DNA from: Podarcis filfolensis
Lineage: Eukaryota
Length of the DNA stretch: 64,000 nucleotides
Assembly: GCA_964270895.1 (NCBI GenBank)
Contig: OZ185436.1
Strand: one strand, 5' to 3'
A model generated the notes under the pieces. The model saw only the letters and a list, made by a program, of their open reading frames with translations, did no database searches and was not told the origin of the DNA. Each line of letters opens with the position of its first letter. Position 1 is the stretch's first letter. Positions 23,661-37,880 of this stretch are shown piece by piece. The position numbers and the translations under genes are program-made.

Positions 23661-26204
23661 CTTAAGAAAAAGTGGGGAACTTTTCAAAAATGATGTGTGT
23701 TGCCACAAGCATGCATATTTAGATTGCTTTTCTCATATGCAGATTTAACAAGTCATTTGTGCTCTCATTTTAAAGCAGATGAAATGTCGGGTGTATCACC
23801 CAATTAAACAAATCTTAGTAAATTAATTGTATACACTTTAGGTGGCATAAATGGGAGTACCTCATTGAAGATGGCACTTGCTATCAGCAGGTTTTACATT
23901 TGCACTTAAAAATAAAATAAGTTAAATAAATAAATGTGCTGGTTGATTGGTCAGGACACCATTTTCATAAATAATAAAAAATTGGTTAATCATTTAATTC
24001 ACTAAATGTTGCAATCCTACTTTAATTGCCTGCCATGTTGGCAAAATATGCATGATATAAAAGAGCAATTTAGTTAACACAACAAAATAGTAAAAGAAAT
24101 AATAGCTGGTAGATTTTTATAAAATTTATTTTACATATGTCATATGGCTATTCACTCTCACTGAATCCCATGCACCATAACTATCAATAAGCTCTGGTTT
24201 TTATCTTTGCCAGCTTCCCACCATCTCTAGTTTTCCCTGTGGCCTTTCCCAGTTTTACCAGGGGTATGTGTAGAGGAGGTAAACTGGCATCTGAAAAGGT
24301 TCTCACTTTGTTCCTGATGACACAGTTGTGTTGCCAGGAATGCTGGGATCTGTAGCTCTTAATTCCTCCCTGCTCAAACCATCAAGACAAGAAATTAAAC
24401 TTGATTTAATCTCCACTGGGTTGCAGGGTCACAGTAATAACTTAAAGGTGGGTTCTTCAGGGTCCCTAGCTTTCTTTAGCTCTAGTTTACCTACCCTTTC
24501 TCTCCCCTCTCCCCAGCTCAGTAAATTTGGGGTGGTAGGAAAGCAGGAGGGGATATGAAGATGACTGACACTTAGGCATGCTAATTATGGGCCAGGACAA
24601 ACTTGGGTTAGTTTGTAATTAGAATGGAGGAAATTCTGAATTTTGGCCCCATCCATTGTTGTGCAACTAGGGACTGCAGTGTTGGATTCCTCCAGCTTCT
24701 GATCTCTGACTAAGCCAGGCACTGGTGGGAAATTAAATGACAGCGCAGCTATCTCAACTTTTGTGTGCCATGCCCTTTTCAGTACTTAGCGTGGTGAGGC
24801 AGAAAGATGTAAACCATTTGTACTGCCCTAATCATGGCTGTTAAATTGAATGAAGAGCCATGCATATCTGAATAAAAACCAAAAACTATCAATGAAGAAG
24901 GCAATTTACTTCCCATGTTCATTGCTAAAAGGAATCATTTTGCAACTCTGTACTGCAAGGTCCATTTAACCAGTGTTGAATTGGCCCAGCTAATTACAGA
25001 GCTGTCATTTTAGATGAACTTGCAGCGTATAACACTCCTTCCTCACGCTTTGTTTCTGCATCCCTTTTTTTATTTATTATTGTACTCCATTATGCAGAAG
25101 TAGAAAAGCTTCCCCACCCCCCCTGCTGCTAGTATTTCCTTTCATCAGCACACTGACTCAGTTGGTTCAAGCTTGACACGAAGCAATTTTGGATGCGTCA
25201 TTCATGTGAATCAGTGCTATGAGCAATCCTTTCACTAAAGGGGGGGGAATAAAATAATGTATAGGGAGGTAGGGGGTACACTTTCTAATGAGTCAAAAAA
25301 TTCTTCATAGAAATTCCCTCTGTTCTCCTCAGTGAGTGAGTGAATGAGGAATTGCAGTGGTGAATTCCATTTTTTTAAAAAGATCAGATATATTAAAACC
25401 AAGTCTTTTGTGTGAGCTCTTTCTTTCTTCTTCTGTCATAAGAGAGTGCTGGTGTGTGTTAGTACAGAGTGCTGGAATACTGAAACACAGATTCCTTCTC
25501 CACCTCACCCCTGGTCTTTCATGAACTTTAAAAGGAATCTCAAACAGTTGAGATTTCCCAGAAGTCCTTATGTAACTTTCTGCACAGAACTAAGAGCACA
25601 GGAGGCAGAATGCTGATCAGGGAGAAGAGGGCTGTAGAGAGCTCTCCTGGTGGTACAAGCTGCCTGATGCATTGACAGCTGGCATCTTCTTGACTTTCAT
25701 CATTTTTTCCTGTGCCTTCCAGAACACACGTGCCAAAAGTCAGGTTTGTTCTATGATCTCAAAGTCTGGCACAACAAAAGATACAAATTGTGTGCAGAAA
25801 GTTCTAGACTAAGTAGGGTGAGAAGATACTAGCCAAAGCTGAGCTTTGTCATGACCCTGGGGTCAGACTCCCCTTATTCAGCTGGATGAGGCTGGGGATT
25901 AAAGATGGGAGAGTGAATTGCTCTCAGGACCAACCCCAGATTACATACTAAGAAGCATTTGTGCAAGAGAAGCCCATTGCACCAGTACCTCTACAGCCCA
26001 AGAAGATCATGTTGTCCTCCTCTGATTCAGCTCAGTGGAACCTCTGTCTCCCACACTCAGTCAGAGTCCATGACTGCTAAAGCAAGCTGGGCACCTTTAA
26101 ACAAAAAGTCTCTTCACACAGTTGGTGGAGCAAGTACTAAGCAAGTGAGCAAGTTTTAAACAGGGGAATGTAAAGATTTTGGTACCACATTGCAAAGGAA
26201 AAGT

Positions 26205-26341
26205 TAGGCTAGGGTAACCATCCCCTCCCAGATAATATAGACTACAACTCCCATCATCCCTGTATATTGACCATGCTACCTGGGACAGATAGGAGTTGCA
26301 GTCCAAAACATCTGGAGGACACCACATTCATTAATCCTGGC
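26205..26341. mobile_element. Palindromic hAT MITE, degraded
   Basis: gactacaactcccatcatccctg...ggagttgcagtccaaaacatctggagg core; boundaries approximate. Confidence 0.65.
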
Positions 26342-27552
26342 TGTATCCAGGTGGACTAGGAAGCATGGGAAGAGATGCTTAGATGCTTCTGTGCATGGTT
26401 GCAGCAATGGCCAGGCTGTAGTTTGTTACATTTTGATGATTATCTGTATTATTCAGAGCAGACCCATTGAAACAAATGGATAATTTCAGTGGATCTTATC
26501 TGATTATGACTTAGTTTAGATATCGCTCTTTGTACATTTATTTGTAACCTACCTACAATCTGAAGTAATTGAAGTGGCTTCCTCCCCAACATCTCACACA
26601 TCTCACCTGGGTAAATACAGAAAAGGAATGGGACCATGAAGTTTGAAAAGGGTTGCCTTTGCGACATGGTGAAGAGGAGCTAATATTAAGTTTTGCTAGA
26701 ACATGTACTGCTAAATCCATTGTGTGTCAGGCAATCAAACAATCATTTGATCTGCATGAGCAAGTGAAAAGTCAAGAAGTTAGGCTGAAAGCTTTTTTTC
26801 CTGTCAAAAAGGAAACTGACCCATTTAACCAAGGCAGAGACATAAATGAGGGTGTAGTCCATACACATCTGACTAAGTCATTGGGCAAAAGTTCACAACT
26901 AAACTATCAGAAGTCATTCTTTTGCCCCAAACGTTGTGTAAAAATTATGTTAGGTGCAATCACAATACTGATGAGAGGGATTTTCTTTCCAATGTGTATT
27001 GTTTTTCATATTCTCCTGGGGAAATAACAGTACCATTTCATTAGCAATTAGTTATGACTGTTGGTGTGTGGTTTTTTTTAAAAAAATCATTGTCATCATA
27101 TTACAGCATCTATCTTAAATGAATAAGAGAGCTCAGCTTTCAAAGATCCTGTCACAGTTATGAAATACAGTCTAAATCTGGGTTGTAGATTATTTGAGAC
27201 TGCTAATGTGCTCATATTCAAGTAAAATAACATGTCCAGGAATCATTACCAGTCATACAACTAGACTCTATTAGCATTTATAATTTGACCTCTGAGTCTC
27301 TATGTCTAGTAGTAAATTGAAAGCATACTCATTAATTAAAGAGATTGTAATCTCCTTCTGGCAGGGATTTATCTTTTGCCTGTGAATATATGCAAACCAG
27401 CATATATCCTGATGCTGTTATATAAATAATAACCGTAAATAATAAAATGAGTCTGGGACATTGTCACAGTTATAAGATCAGTATATAATATGATAAATTG
27501 GCCATAGGATTTAATTCAGAAATACATTCCTTTTTTTCCCTTTTGCTTCTAG

Positions 27553-27671
27553 GAGTTTCTTTCAACAGTGTTTACACACAGATTTGGAGAGTCCTCTTAC
27601 ACTTGGCTGCTGACCCATACCCAGATGTTTCGGACTTGGCTATGAAAGTGCTCAACAGCATTGCTTACAAG
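27553..27671 (+). CDS. RPTOR: Raptor exon 21, (G)VSFNSVYTQIW...NSIAYK
   Basis: cttctag|GA...AAG|gtaaac; 119 nt, phase 1-0. Confidence 0.97.
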
Positions 27672-30600
27672 GTAAACTATTGAGTTCTCAAGATTTCGCA
27701 AACTATAAATAAGTGGCTCTTGCACTTCTCCTTTTGGAAGGCTTTCTGTAATAATGTTACCAGTCAGTGAGAGCTTGTAGAATAGATTCTCACATAAATT
27801 TGCTTATTTTGGTTGTTACTTTTTATTTATAGTCTACTTTAATCAAAGAGCTATAGCCTGAGGAATAGCACTTAAAATGAAAAGAAATAGTTAATTCTCC
27901 ATACCCTGCAAACAAAACAACAACAACAAAAACTTGCAATTTAAATCAGGTACAGGTCATACAGGGGGAAAGGGGAAATTTTTAAATTATGCATTATGTT
28001 ATTAGACTGAATGTCTTAATCCCATTAATAAACTTGTTCTGATTTCCTGTAGCAGTCCCCTTCCCAAAAACACAATATACAGCTATTCATCCTAGTTCAG
28101 CTCTGCTTTTGTGGAGGGGTTGAAACTTAACTCTTAACATTGCCCTTCTTCGCCTTCTGCAACTCTGCCCTCTGAGGGGAGAAAGAAAAAGGAGAGTAGA
28201 TGCTCAAACAGCTCCAGAAGAGCATAATAGGCAATTGCTAGCAGGAAGGTAGCAGTTATTAGAAGGAACTGAATTATGTAACATGAATAACCCTGTAGAT
28301 AGGGCTTTCCTTTAATGTCTAGCTAGTAAATTTGACTTGCGGTTTTGGTTATTTTCTTTGCAAACTCATTTAGATTATGCAAGTGAGAGTAAGACTGGAT
28401 TGCAGATTGAAGCCACAACTGCTGCCCAGTGCAGGTGATCTAGTACATGTGAGTCAGCATGCAGACACCCCATCCCACTCCTCACTTCTCCTGTATGGAT
28501 TGAAAGCACCACCATTATTGCTATTCTTCATTTTGCAAGGATGATGTGTGTTTCACTCCAGAGGCTGCCATCACTGCTGTTTTTGGAATTATTAGCTCAA
28601 ATAGTGTTGATAAGTGGGCTGTTTTGGAAATCACTTGTGATAACAAATCTTCTACCACAAACAAAGCACTACCTAAACATTTAGATAATATTTGCTCTTG
28701 AAAATACTACCCCCATCACTCTCTAGATTGCAGCTAGGGGCTATTTGCATATTGTCTTTGTTATGTTCTTGGCTCAAGCCCTTCTGGTTGCTCCAACAAA
28801 CAAACAAGCATGAACCAGTCCAACATGAGGTGAGATCTCTTGCTGATTATTCATTCCAACAATGTAGCTCAAGAACTTGAGGCTAAATGTGCTATGAGAG
28901 ATGTCACTATTTTAGTGTGCTGAGAGGTGTCATGTTTAAACCTGTTGTTCTCCTTGCAGTGCTCTTTTTTCTTTTAAAATGTTTCTTTACTGGCACCCAT
29001 GACCCACTGATTAATCTCAGCTGATTGGCTAAATCTCTTTGGGTAGTTTTACGACACTGTACCAGATGAATTTAAGCATAAGGAATGAAAAATCTCGTAC
29101 CTGATACCGAAAATGAATGAAGGGGGAGATTTATATTTTAAATCTCTGTTCTTGCTCGTATCATTGCTTTATCTTATGAATGTAAGTGTAACAACCAACA
29201 ATATGGATCAACAGTATGGATGCACATATACAATGCACTTACCTGTAAACCAGGTTTCTGCTACTTAGATACAATAGAGTATGAGTATGACAGTTCTGGG
29301 TAATCCTTTCTTGCAACAGGGTGATTTAGCAAGCATGGCCTGCAGACTGAGTCATCACCATATTAAGGTGGTGAATTTTTCCTGTGGTGATTTTTCTACA
29401 GCTCTTCCTTTCAACCAGTGTAATAATAGGATTATTCAATGATGCCTCTGGCTATTTGCACATATTGGAATTAAAGCTGATGTACTTTCATGTGTGGCAT
29501 AACAGAATTGTAAGGTGGACAGGATCTATCATGGACCCATGCCATTCCCGACCTCCAGGAAATATATAGAGATGATATATAACAGGAAGCACTACTCAGC
29601 CATATGATTCGCTTTTCCCATTGTTCACTTTGGTTATACAGTTGCTGCTGCCAAATCAGTTAATGGGTTTAGTATGATAATACTTTAAATCATTGTTGAA
29701 CTAGTGGCATTGGCATGGCTGAGAAGCAAGGTCTTCCAATAAGTGGCTATATATGCTCATTCAAAGGGAGCTCAGACAGCAAACAGTGAATAGTGGTATT
29801 ATCTACCGTCTCTGTCAAAGTTGCCTTTTCTCTCCATCTTGAAAGTCCCAAACTTGATATGATAGAAGCTGAGGTGTCCAGGCAGTACCACATTTTATAT
29901 GGTTGGTAGGCACACATGTGCTATATGTTTCTGAAGGCGGAGGAGGAGGAAGAGGAGTCATATTGTGACTTCTTCATCATAATTATGGATGGCATCACCA
30001 GGTAAATAAAAATTTCATTATATTTCTGGACACCACAACCTGCATTTCTGTTTATATTTTATACAATATACATCACCATATTTTGGAGGGAACCATTTCC
30101 TTAGCTTGCAAATAAATTACACACACACACACACAACCCAAATGCTTTGTGGTTATATCGCTAAGGAAAACCCATGGCAATTGTGCAGGTGCTCAGACTT
30201 GGGAGGGGAGAGGCCATGTCCCACCACAATCAAAGAAGCTTGGGATAGCTCAAGTCCAGATGGCCTTAGAATTTGCAAATATGATAAGGTTAATATGTGT
30301 GACTGCAGAAACCAGGGATTGGGAAATAGTAAAGGGAGCAGAAAATGTTCTTTGTGGCCAAGGATTTTAGCTGTTGCCAATTATTCACCTGCCATTCATC
30401 CTTTGTGTCTCCTACTCTTTGAGCTTTTACAACATCATGTAGAATAAATAAATTGTGGCATTTCACATTTGGCGTACTTGTTCAGATAGTCTTTTAACCT
30501 GGTGGTAATAGATGTTTTCTGCTCACACAAGAATTTCTGGATCACATCCCAGAATGTACTATGCATTTTCTTGGCTCCATAAAGAAGACAACGGAAAATG

Positions 30601-32270
30601 GCTACGCTTTTTGGCAGGGTGTTGTTGAGCATTCTTTGGTGGAATGGGAAATGCAGTGGAAACCTAAGTGTTTGATACATAACTGACAGTTATCATATAG
30701 TAAAAGGAACTGTTGCAGTGACCTCTTGCGTGTCCCATTAAACAGTGCTGACATAACACTGAGCACTGATTGTGTTTACCTCGTGATGATTACTGGTACT
30801 GCTGAGCAGACAGGATATCTGCACTTGTGATAGGTCAGCAAAGGTTCATTATAAAGTGTCGATTCATATGTTTATCATAAGTAAACTTCATAAACAGTTG
30901 CAGCTTGTGCTTGAATCTAGCCTTTTGAAGTCATGATAGAACTCATGCATCTGAGCATGAATGAAAACCAGCCGTTTCCGCTTTAAATTTTATGTTCAAA
31001 GTTGAATGTCTGCCACTTCCCCATTTTTGTTGAATGTGTGAACTAGCTCCAGGTTTTTCAGTTGAATCCTCAGGAGTTACTAAAAATTTTTATCTGAACT
31101 GCCATTGTTATGTGCCTAGGTGAACTTTGCATAGTGGTCTTCCTCATCTCCTTTCAAAGCTTCCAAAGCACCTGTTTCTAAGTGACTGAACTTAAAAGGG
31201 TCATGTTTAAACCCTTGAAGATGAAAAATTTCAGACCATTACATCATTGCCTAGGTTCTAGTTTTATGGCATTTCATTATAGTGACTGCCCATACAACCT
31301 TTATCTCTCATCTCTGCTTTTTAAAATTTAGGATGATTTGACATCTCAGCATAGGTTGAATTGTGCTTTTGCTGTTGAGCAAATTTCATTCATCACAGAG
31401 GGCTTCCAGTGGGACAACCATTTTGATGTGGTTGTAAAAATATTATGTTATATTTTAGCACCTGGAATGATGGTATGAATACCCAGAGCGTTTCTAACAG
31501 AGATTCCTACTTGCTATGTTCCTGAAAAGATGTGAAGTATGATACACTTGATCTTGAAGCATCAGATCAGCTTTATTTATACAGCCATTGGTCCATTATA
31601 AAATTCAACTGGCATAGCAGACCCCAAACAACATAGAATGCTGCCCATCACATGAAGTATGATATACACTAAACACCCATCAATCCAAAACTCACTCCTA
31701 AATCATGTGAACTCTTATCTTGAAGCATTGCAAGGCCAATTACCATGGTAAAAATGGAAACTTTTCATCAACACATCAAACTGTTCATTTAAGTTTGCCC
31801 TGCCTGTCTTTTTTTAGAAGCTAATAAAATGTGGACTTGCATTGAAAGTTAGGATTAGCTGCATGACTCTACACATGCACCAAAACAGTAAGGTTTGGCT
31901 CTGTTCAATGAATTAACTTTCATTCTGGGTAGAATTGAAATATACACGATGCCAGTGTACATGTTGGCACACTAAAGAGTTTGTGTTCCTTGGCCCTGTC
32001 TACCCAGGCTGTCAACCTTCCTTATTTTAAGTTTCTAAATTTAGCTGTAAGGGGCTACCTACGAACTACTATAATCATATATGCAATCATACATTTGTTT
32101 CGCCTTCTTTCCTATGAATAACTCCAAACCAGCATGTCAAAAGATTTTCCCTCCAGATTAGCAAGATTGTAAACCTTTGACATCAAAATATATAACAAGA
32201 GTGTTAACAAGGCCTTGAGCTTTTTCAAGGGATGTATTGCTTCAGAAGCTGCTGTACATCTTGGCTGTGG

Positions 32271-32320
32271 TGTTAGGTCAAACAGTTTAGGGGCCTGTTA
32301 GGTCAAACAGTTTAGGGGCC
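32271..32320. repeat. Perfect 25-bp tandem duplication
   Basis: tgttaggtcaaacagtttaggggcc repeated twice, followed by tg. Confidence 0.95.
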
Positions 32321-34003
32321 TGAACATCTTCTCTTCTTTCAGAGCACTGTATTGTGTACCACCAAACACAGACAAATACTGTTGTTGAGTCATAACAATA
32401 TTGTTATTAATGCTAAATATTTCAGTTCCGATCCAAAGTTCCTGCTGCAGAAAGCTGTCCTCTGAAAAGCCTCCCTAAAAAGTCTCCTAGTTTCCTGAAG
32501 TCAGTTTTATTTGCAGACAAGGAAGGAAAGCTGTTTTCTCCTATGTTAACATAAGTGCCTTCCATATTGCAAGCTAACCTGTGGCCCTCCAGGTGTTGCT
32601 AGACTACAGCTTTATAGCTTCAACCACCCCTGACCTTTGATCATGGAGTCCAACAATATATGGATGTATCCTAAAAGCCTTTGAGGATTTCTTTGGAATT
32701 TTGGGAAACATAAAGTATGTTTTTGCTCAGATGGAGAAGAATCTTTTGTCCGGTCCTAGAAGACCATATAAAGGTTCTGGGTTTTAATAACTGCATGTCC
32801 TCAACAGAAGAGAATCAGCAGGGGAATAAGCGTTAGACAATAAGGGTTTCAAAAATATAATTTACTGCTACACAAATTCCATAGCCATCTAAGACATGAT
32901 GGAGAGCCAATTTGATCCCAAGATGTAACCTGTCACGCTGGCTGTTCCAGCAGCAGCTTCTCACTCTTATAGATGTGGCTGTTATTACATCAACTGCAAT
33001 TTCCCCGATCAAGGGTATAGTGCTAGTGATGGCCTTGAACCTTTTCCTAATGAGCTGGGGAGGAGAGAAGAAAACTGCCTCAAAAGGCCAGCTCAACAAG
33101 GGGAAATCTGAAGGAGAGAGGCAATATGTGCCCTCAAGCACGGCTGCTGCAATCATCCAGTTTGCACCCAGCAATTTTGGGTGTAAAGTGCAAATGCAGG
33201 TACAATTGGAAAATGGCCTGCTGTTCATGCTATTTATTTCCCCGAGTTCCCAAATGCCTTGTCAGTGGCTCTTTACACCTTTTCTGTAAACTGCAGAGAT
33301 ATTAATGGTCATAGTTTCAGTCTCTTTTGGATTTGACACACCCCTATAAGTGAAGTATCTGCTGAATAAGAAGCCTGGTTTTTCACACTTCTTTGCCTGT
33401 TGTTCCCATCTCTCCCTTATCTAAGATTTCTAAAGGCAGTGAAAGAAGCTTATCTGAATACCTTTTGAGAATTGCAAGAGCTGCTGCACATATTTTCCTG
33501 CTTCTTTGTTGTTATGGTTGTTGTTGGTTTTAAAGTTATTGCTGCTGTTGTTTCTGAAGTTATTGCCTCAGCATCTATTACCTCACGCCAGCCCAGTATC
33601 TCAAGTGAATTTGGGGGGAAGTGCCTCCAGTTATGAGGTCAGAAAGTAGTTTTTCTTCCCTGAACGCAGAGGGAATTTTATTCCATCTATGGTTTCAGGT
33701 GGGTTAAGCTACTTTTATAAAGCACCATTTGTCCATTTGTTTGCAGATTTGAATGTTCTAGTTTCTGGTAATCTGTCGCCACAGTATATTGGAAGGGACT
33801 TTTGCTGAGGCATCAAGTTCAAGTTGGGCATTTTGGTCAGATTGGTCATTTTAATGAGTTTTTTATTTTATAAAGGTAACCTCATTTGCCTGTTTTCCAT
33901 TGCCAAATCCTGCCCCCAAAGTACCAATGCAAATGTTAACATATTATATCTTGCATATGAATTAGGAACCTTTTATTAATAAGCATCAGATGAACCCTTA
34001 TGT

Positions 34004-34124
34004 CAGGCCCTCTAGCTGTTTTGGGACTACAGTTCCCATCATCCCTGACCACTGGTCCTGTTAGTTAGGGATGTTGGGAGTTGTAGTCCCAAAACAACTG
34101 GGGAGCCAAGTTTGGCCATGCCTG
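34004..34124. mobile_element. Palindromic hAT MITE with left-end deletion
   Basis: Perfect 8-bp TSD CCTTATGT (33996-34003, 34125-34132); hairpin core; 180 nt upstream of exon 22. Confidence 0.85.
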
Positions 34125-34304
34125 CCTTATGTCGTAAGTGCATATATCTAAGTTGTATAGCAATACTATAGCAATGCTGAAGACTGCTTCCACTTCCCAC
34201 CATTGATATTGAGCTTCAGTAAGGTTATTCCTGGTGGTAAAAATAATTTTATTCCTATGATTGGCATTTGTTCTTTCTCAGTTTTTCCATTCTTTCTTTC
34301 CTAG

Positions 34305-34408
34305 GCGACGGTAAATGCCCGCCCCCAGCGCATCCTTGATACTTCTTCCCTCACACAGTCTGCCCCAGCCAGTCCTACCAACAAGGGCATGCACATACAC
34401 CAAGTGGG
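34305..34408 (+). CDS. RPTOR: Raptor exon 22, ATVNARPQRILDTSSLTQSAPASPTNKGMHIHQV(G)
   Basis: ttcctag|GCG...GG|gtaagt; 104 nt, phase 0-2; S859/S863 equivalents. Confidence 0.97.
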
Positions 34409-34938
34409 GTAAGTACTACATCTTAAATCCCTTGTTATTCATAGCTGATTTTGTGCTTAAGGAGCAGTGTGTATCTGTGTGCCATGCAGACATTCAGCTG
34501 TCTGGAGAGGTAAGCTATGGTATATTTCACATAAGGGGATAATTTAGGACAAATTTCTCTCTCTGTAAAACTGATCTGACAATCCTTGCAATGATGGCTG
34601 CAACACTGCGAAAGTATCCCTCTAAACTGACCCTGACTCATCCCACATTAGAGATGCTTTCAAATCCCTTTGCCAAAAGTTAGTCAGAAGTGACATATAC
34701 AGTGTCCTACGTAACTCTGTTGAAGCCATCAAAGGAGGAGATTAATCTCTGTGTTGGAAAAAGTGTTGATCTCATCCTATAATGTCTGAAATGTGACACA
34801 AATGGTTTTTCCCTCCCTGAGGCTAGGAGAATGTATTGGGAAGTTGTTGCATTGTCTGTTTCCTAAAACTTATATTCAGTTATTTAAAATGCTACCCTTC
34901 AGACATTATAGGATACACACTTTTTCTTGGTTTTTGAA

Positions 34939-35090
34939 TGACCATAACTCTGTAGTAGAGCATCTGCTTTGACTGCGCAAGCTCCTAGGTTCAGGCCCTG
35001 GTTATCTCCAAATAAGGCTGGGAGACCACAGTCTGAAATCCTGGAGAATTGTTGCCAGTTGCCAGTCACATGAATGGTCTGACTCAGTTC
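34939..35090 (+). mobile_element. tRNA-headed SINE, degraded
   Basis: ccataactctgtagtagagcatctgctttg...ggttcaggccctgg...gtctgaaatcctggagaattgttgccag...tggtctgactcag. Confidence 0.6.
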
Positions 35091-35558
35091 CAGATTGTGA
35101 GATTGCGGGGTAGGGGATAATGCACCAAATATAATGCATGGCTTTTAGGTACTAATTAGAAGTGGAAAAAGTTTCTCAGAACATACATTCTTCATTTGTG
35201 CTTAGTAACCCTCCCGTCAGAGAAGGGTTGCAGATAGGGGGACATGATTTTACAACTGCTGCATCAAGGCTTCCGCAGGGATTTCCAACATTAATTTCAA
35301 ATGTCAGTTTTCCCTTTATAATCTCAACTGGCCAAAGGCCAACTGGTACCACTTGGGGGGGTAGGGTGGAAAAGCACCTAGTGTTGAAAAACAGAATGGC
35401 TTCACCCACAAGAATAAATAAAGTGGAAAGTGACAGAGAAAACTTAAATTTGTAGTTGCAAAAGGCCATCTTCTGCAGCAGTCTGATTTCATACTCTGCT
35501 GGTAAAATGATATCCAGTACAGCAATATTTCCACCCATATTTGATTTCCCATTTCTAG

Positions 35559-35742
35559 AGGATCTCCACCAACCACCAGCACCAGTAGCTCCAGCTTGAC
35601 TAATGATGTGACAAAGCAGCCGGTCAACCGGGACCTGTCATCTGTAAGACCTGCAAATGTGGGCAACATGGGGGTGCAATACACTCCACACTCCCACCAG
35701 TTTCCTAGGACAAGGAAAATGTTTGACAAGGGCCCAGATCAG
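35559..35742 (+). CDS. RPTOR: Raptor exon 23, GSPPTTSTSS...RKMFDKGPDQ
   Basis: atttctag|A...CAG|gtaaga; 184 nt, phase 2-0. Confidence 0.96.
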
Positions 35743-36173
35743 GTAAGATCATAGTCTTCCCTGTCTCATTGTACTCCAGTCCCTGAAATAACTCTCATTT
35801 GTTTTGCTTCTTCTCCAGTTTTTGCTATGTCATCTTTAATTTTCCTGTAATCCTGGCAATACAAATAAGATATTTATTTATTGTTGTTAGCTTTACAGCT
35901 TTAAAAAAAAATCAAAATAAAAAAACCACCACCACCATGTGACTTAACAACAAAACAAAAGACAATAAATGCAACAGATTTATTGCATATAACAGATTTT
36001 TAAAATTGCCCCCCCCCTAATTTTATCCTTGAAATGACCTGTGAAGGTAGGGTAGGCAGAGAGATAGTGACTAGCCCAAGGTCACCTGGTGAGCTTCATA
36101 GCTTGAGTCCTTCAATCCTTTACACCATACAGTGACAAATGCAGCAAGAAAATAAATGTAGAGTACAATTTCT

Positions 36174-36512
36174 GGATGCGGGTGGCGCTGTGGGTTAAAC
36201 CACAGAGCCTAGGGCTTGCTGATCAGAAGGTCGGCGGTTCGAATCCCTGCGACAGGGTGAGCTCCTGTTGCTCGGTCCCAGCTCCTGCCAACCTAGCAGT
36301 TCGAAAGCATGCAGTGCAAGTAAATAAATACGTACCGCTCCGGTGGGAAGGTAAACGGCGTTTCCGGGAGCTGCTCTGGTTCGCCAGAAGTGGCTTAGTC
36401 ATGCTGGCCACATGCTGTACGCCGGCTTCCTTGGCCAGTAAACCGAGATGAGCACCGCAACCCCAGAGTCGTCCTCGACTGGACTGAACTGTCGTGGTCC
36501 CTTTACCTTTAC
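36174..36512 (+). mobile_element. Sauria SINE
   Basis: gcgggtggcgctgtgggttaaaccac head, ggttcgaatcc B box, ccctttacctttac tail; near-TSD tacaatttctgg/tacaagttctgg. Confidence 0.9.
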
Positions 36513-37184
36513 AAGTTCTGGTGCTGATCAATCTGAGCAGAAATACAAGTGAAGGCAGTCCTTCAGATACAATAGTCATAACCTAGTATAATAATGTGAT
36601 ACAGAAAAAATCTCTGGCTGCTAGAAATGTGATACTATGCCTACAATCTTTTCCAGCCTCTCTTCCTCAGTGCATATTTTTGCCATTCTTGATGGCATGC
36701 AATTTTTCTCCCTGAAAATACGGTTTCCTTTTGTAACCTAATTCTGTTAATGCATCTTGAGAAAGGCTTCTTCATGCGCTACGCTTTTGTGTGAACTTAT
36801 AGCTTGCAGAATAAACACTGTGGTTTAGTGTTTTAAAACCTTTTTGAGATAGGTACATATGTCAGGGATCTTTCAGTTGGGCTCTGTCTCTCTGCAGTGT
36901 TGACTATAAGGGGAAACACTTGCAGCCGTAAGTCTCAGGAGCCATTCAGGTTACCAGATGCAATTTAGAAGCGGGCTTCTTTTTTCTGTAGTATTTTCAT
37001 AGAAAGGATATTTGAATGTGGACATGCCAGTTTCTCTTGTCATTTTGGTGTCATTTCACCTTCTGAAATTCTCCCTTTTATACTTCTACTGAAGACACAG
37101 GTGCCCTGTTCAATATTAAAATCGGCACCCTAGAGAATACAGGTCTCTGCCTCTTAGACAGCATTAATATACTTTTCACTAGGC

Positions 37185-37186
<2 letters not shown>

Positions 37187-37224
<38 letters not shown>
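37187..37224. repeat. (GT)19 microsatellite
   Basis: Pure GT run. Confidence 0.95.
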
Positions 37225-37226
<2 letters not shown>

Positions 37227-37519
37227 TTCCTTACAAAGGCCTAAATTCATATGGTTCTTTCAAACAAATACGTACAGCATTTTGGGACAGCACATAGTCC
37301 TTAAATTTATTTATTACTTATTATAATATTATAGCGATCTTTGGAATTCTTCTATGGCCCCCTTTCACCTCCCATTTGCATAGTTGGAAACATGTGTCAA
37401 TGTTGTCTTTTCTTATAGGCAGTGGTAGAATTGGAAATAGCACCCGGCTACCTGGTTCATAGGTAGCAACTTTCATAGAAAATACTGTAAAGCTTGAGGA
37501 ACCAAGCTGGTAAAAGTTA

Positions 37520-37880
37520 GGATGGTGTATTAGTGGTTAGAATGTTGGACTAGGACTGGGGAGATTCAGTTTCAGTTCCCCACATAAATCTCACTGGGTG
37601 CTGTAAAAGCAGTAACATCAGAAGACAAGGACACATCAAGAATGGCACATGGGAAGTCACTTAAACAAAATTGTATTCATTTGGAAATAATTTGTATAAT
37701 TGGGTTAAGACCTGGAAAATCAATTTGAGAAATTGGCAAAAATAAATAAATCTTGCCCAAGGTCACACAGTAAGATTTTTTTTTTGCCAATTTTTACAAT
37801 CTAAGCAACCTCACAGGGTTGCTCTGAGTATGAAATGGAGCAGGGAAAACCTTGGAAGACAGTGGCATATATAAATGTAA
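37520..37880 (+). mobile_element. CORE-type SINE, interrupted
   Basis: Head ggtgtattagtggttagaatgttggactagg at about 37525; tail aacctcacagggttgct...ggcatatataaatgtaat at about 37808-37880; boundaries approximate. Confidence 0.5.

Noticed and set aside
28734-28829. 96-nt in-frame pseudoexon with GAG|gtgaga donor
   Set aside because: An upstream TAG 7 nt earlier would be preferred (103 nt, frameshift) and the peptide looks random; it shows that such candidates arise by chance.
34445-34515. Strong GAG|gtaagc donor 101 nt after exon 22
   Set aside because: The upstream intron would be only 36 nt, and extending exon 22 hits a TAA.
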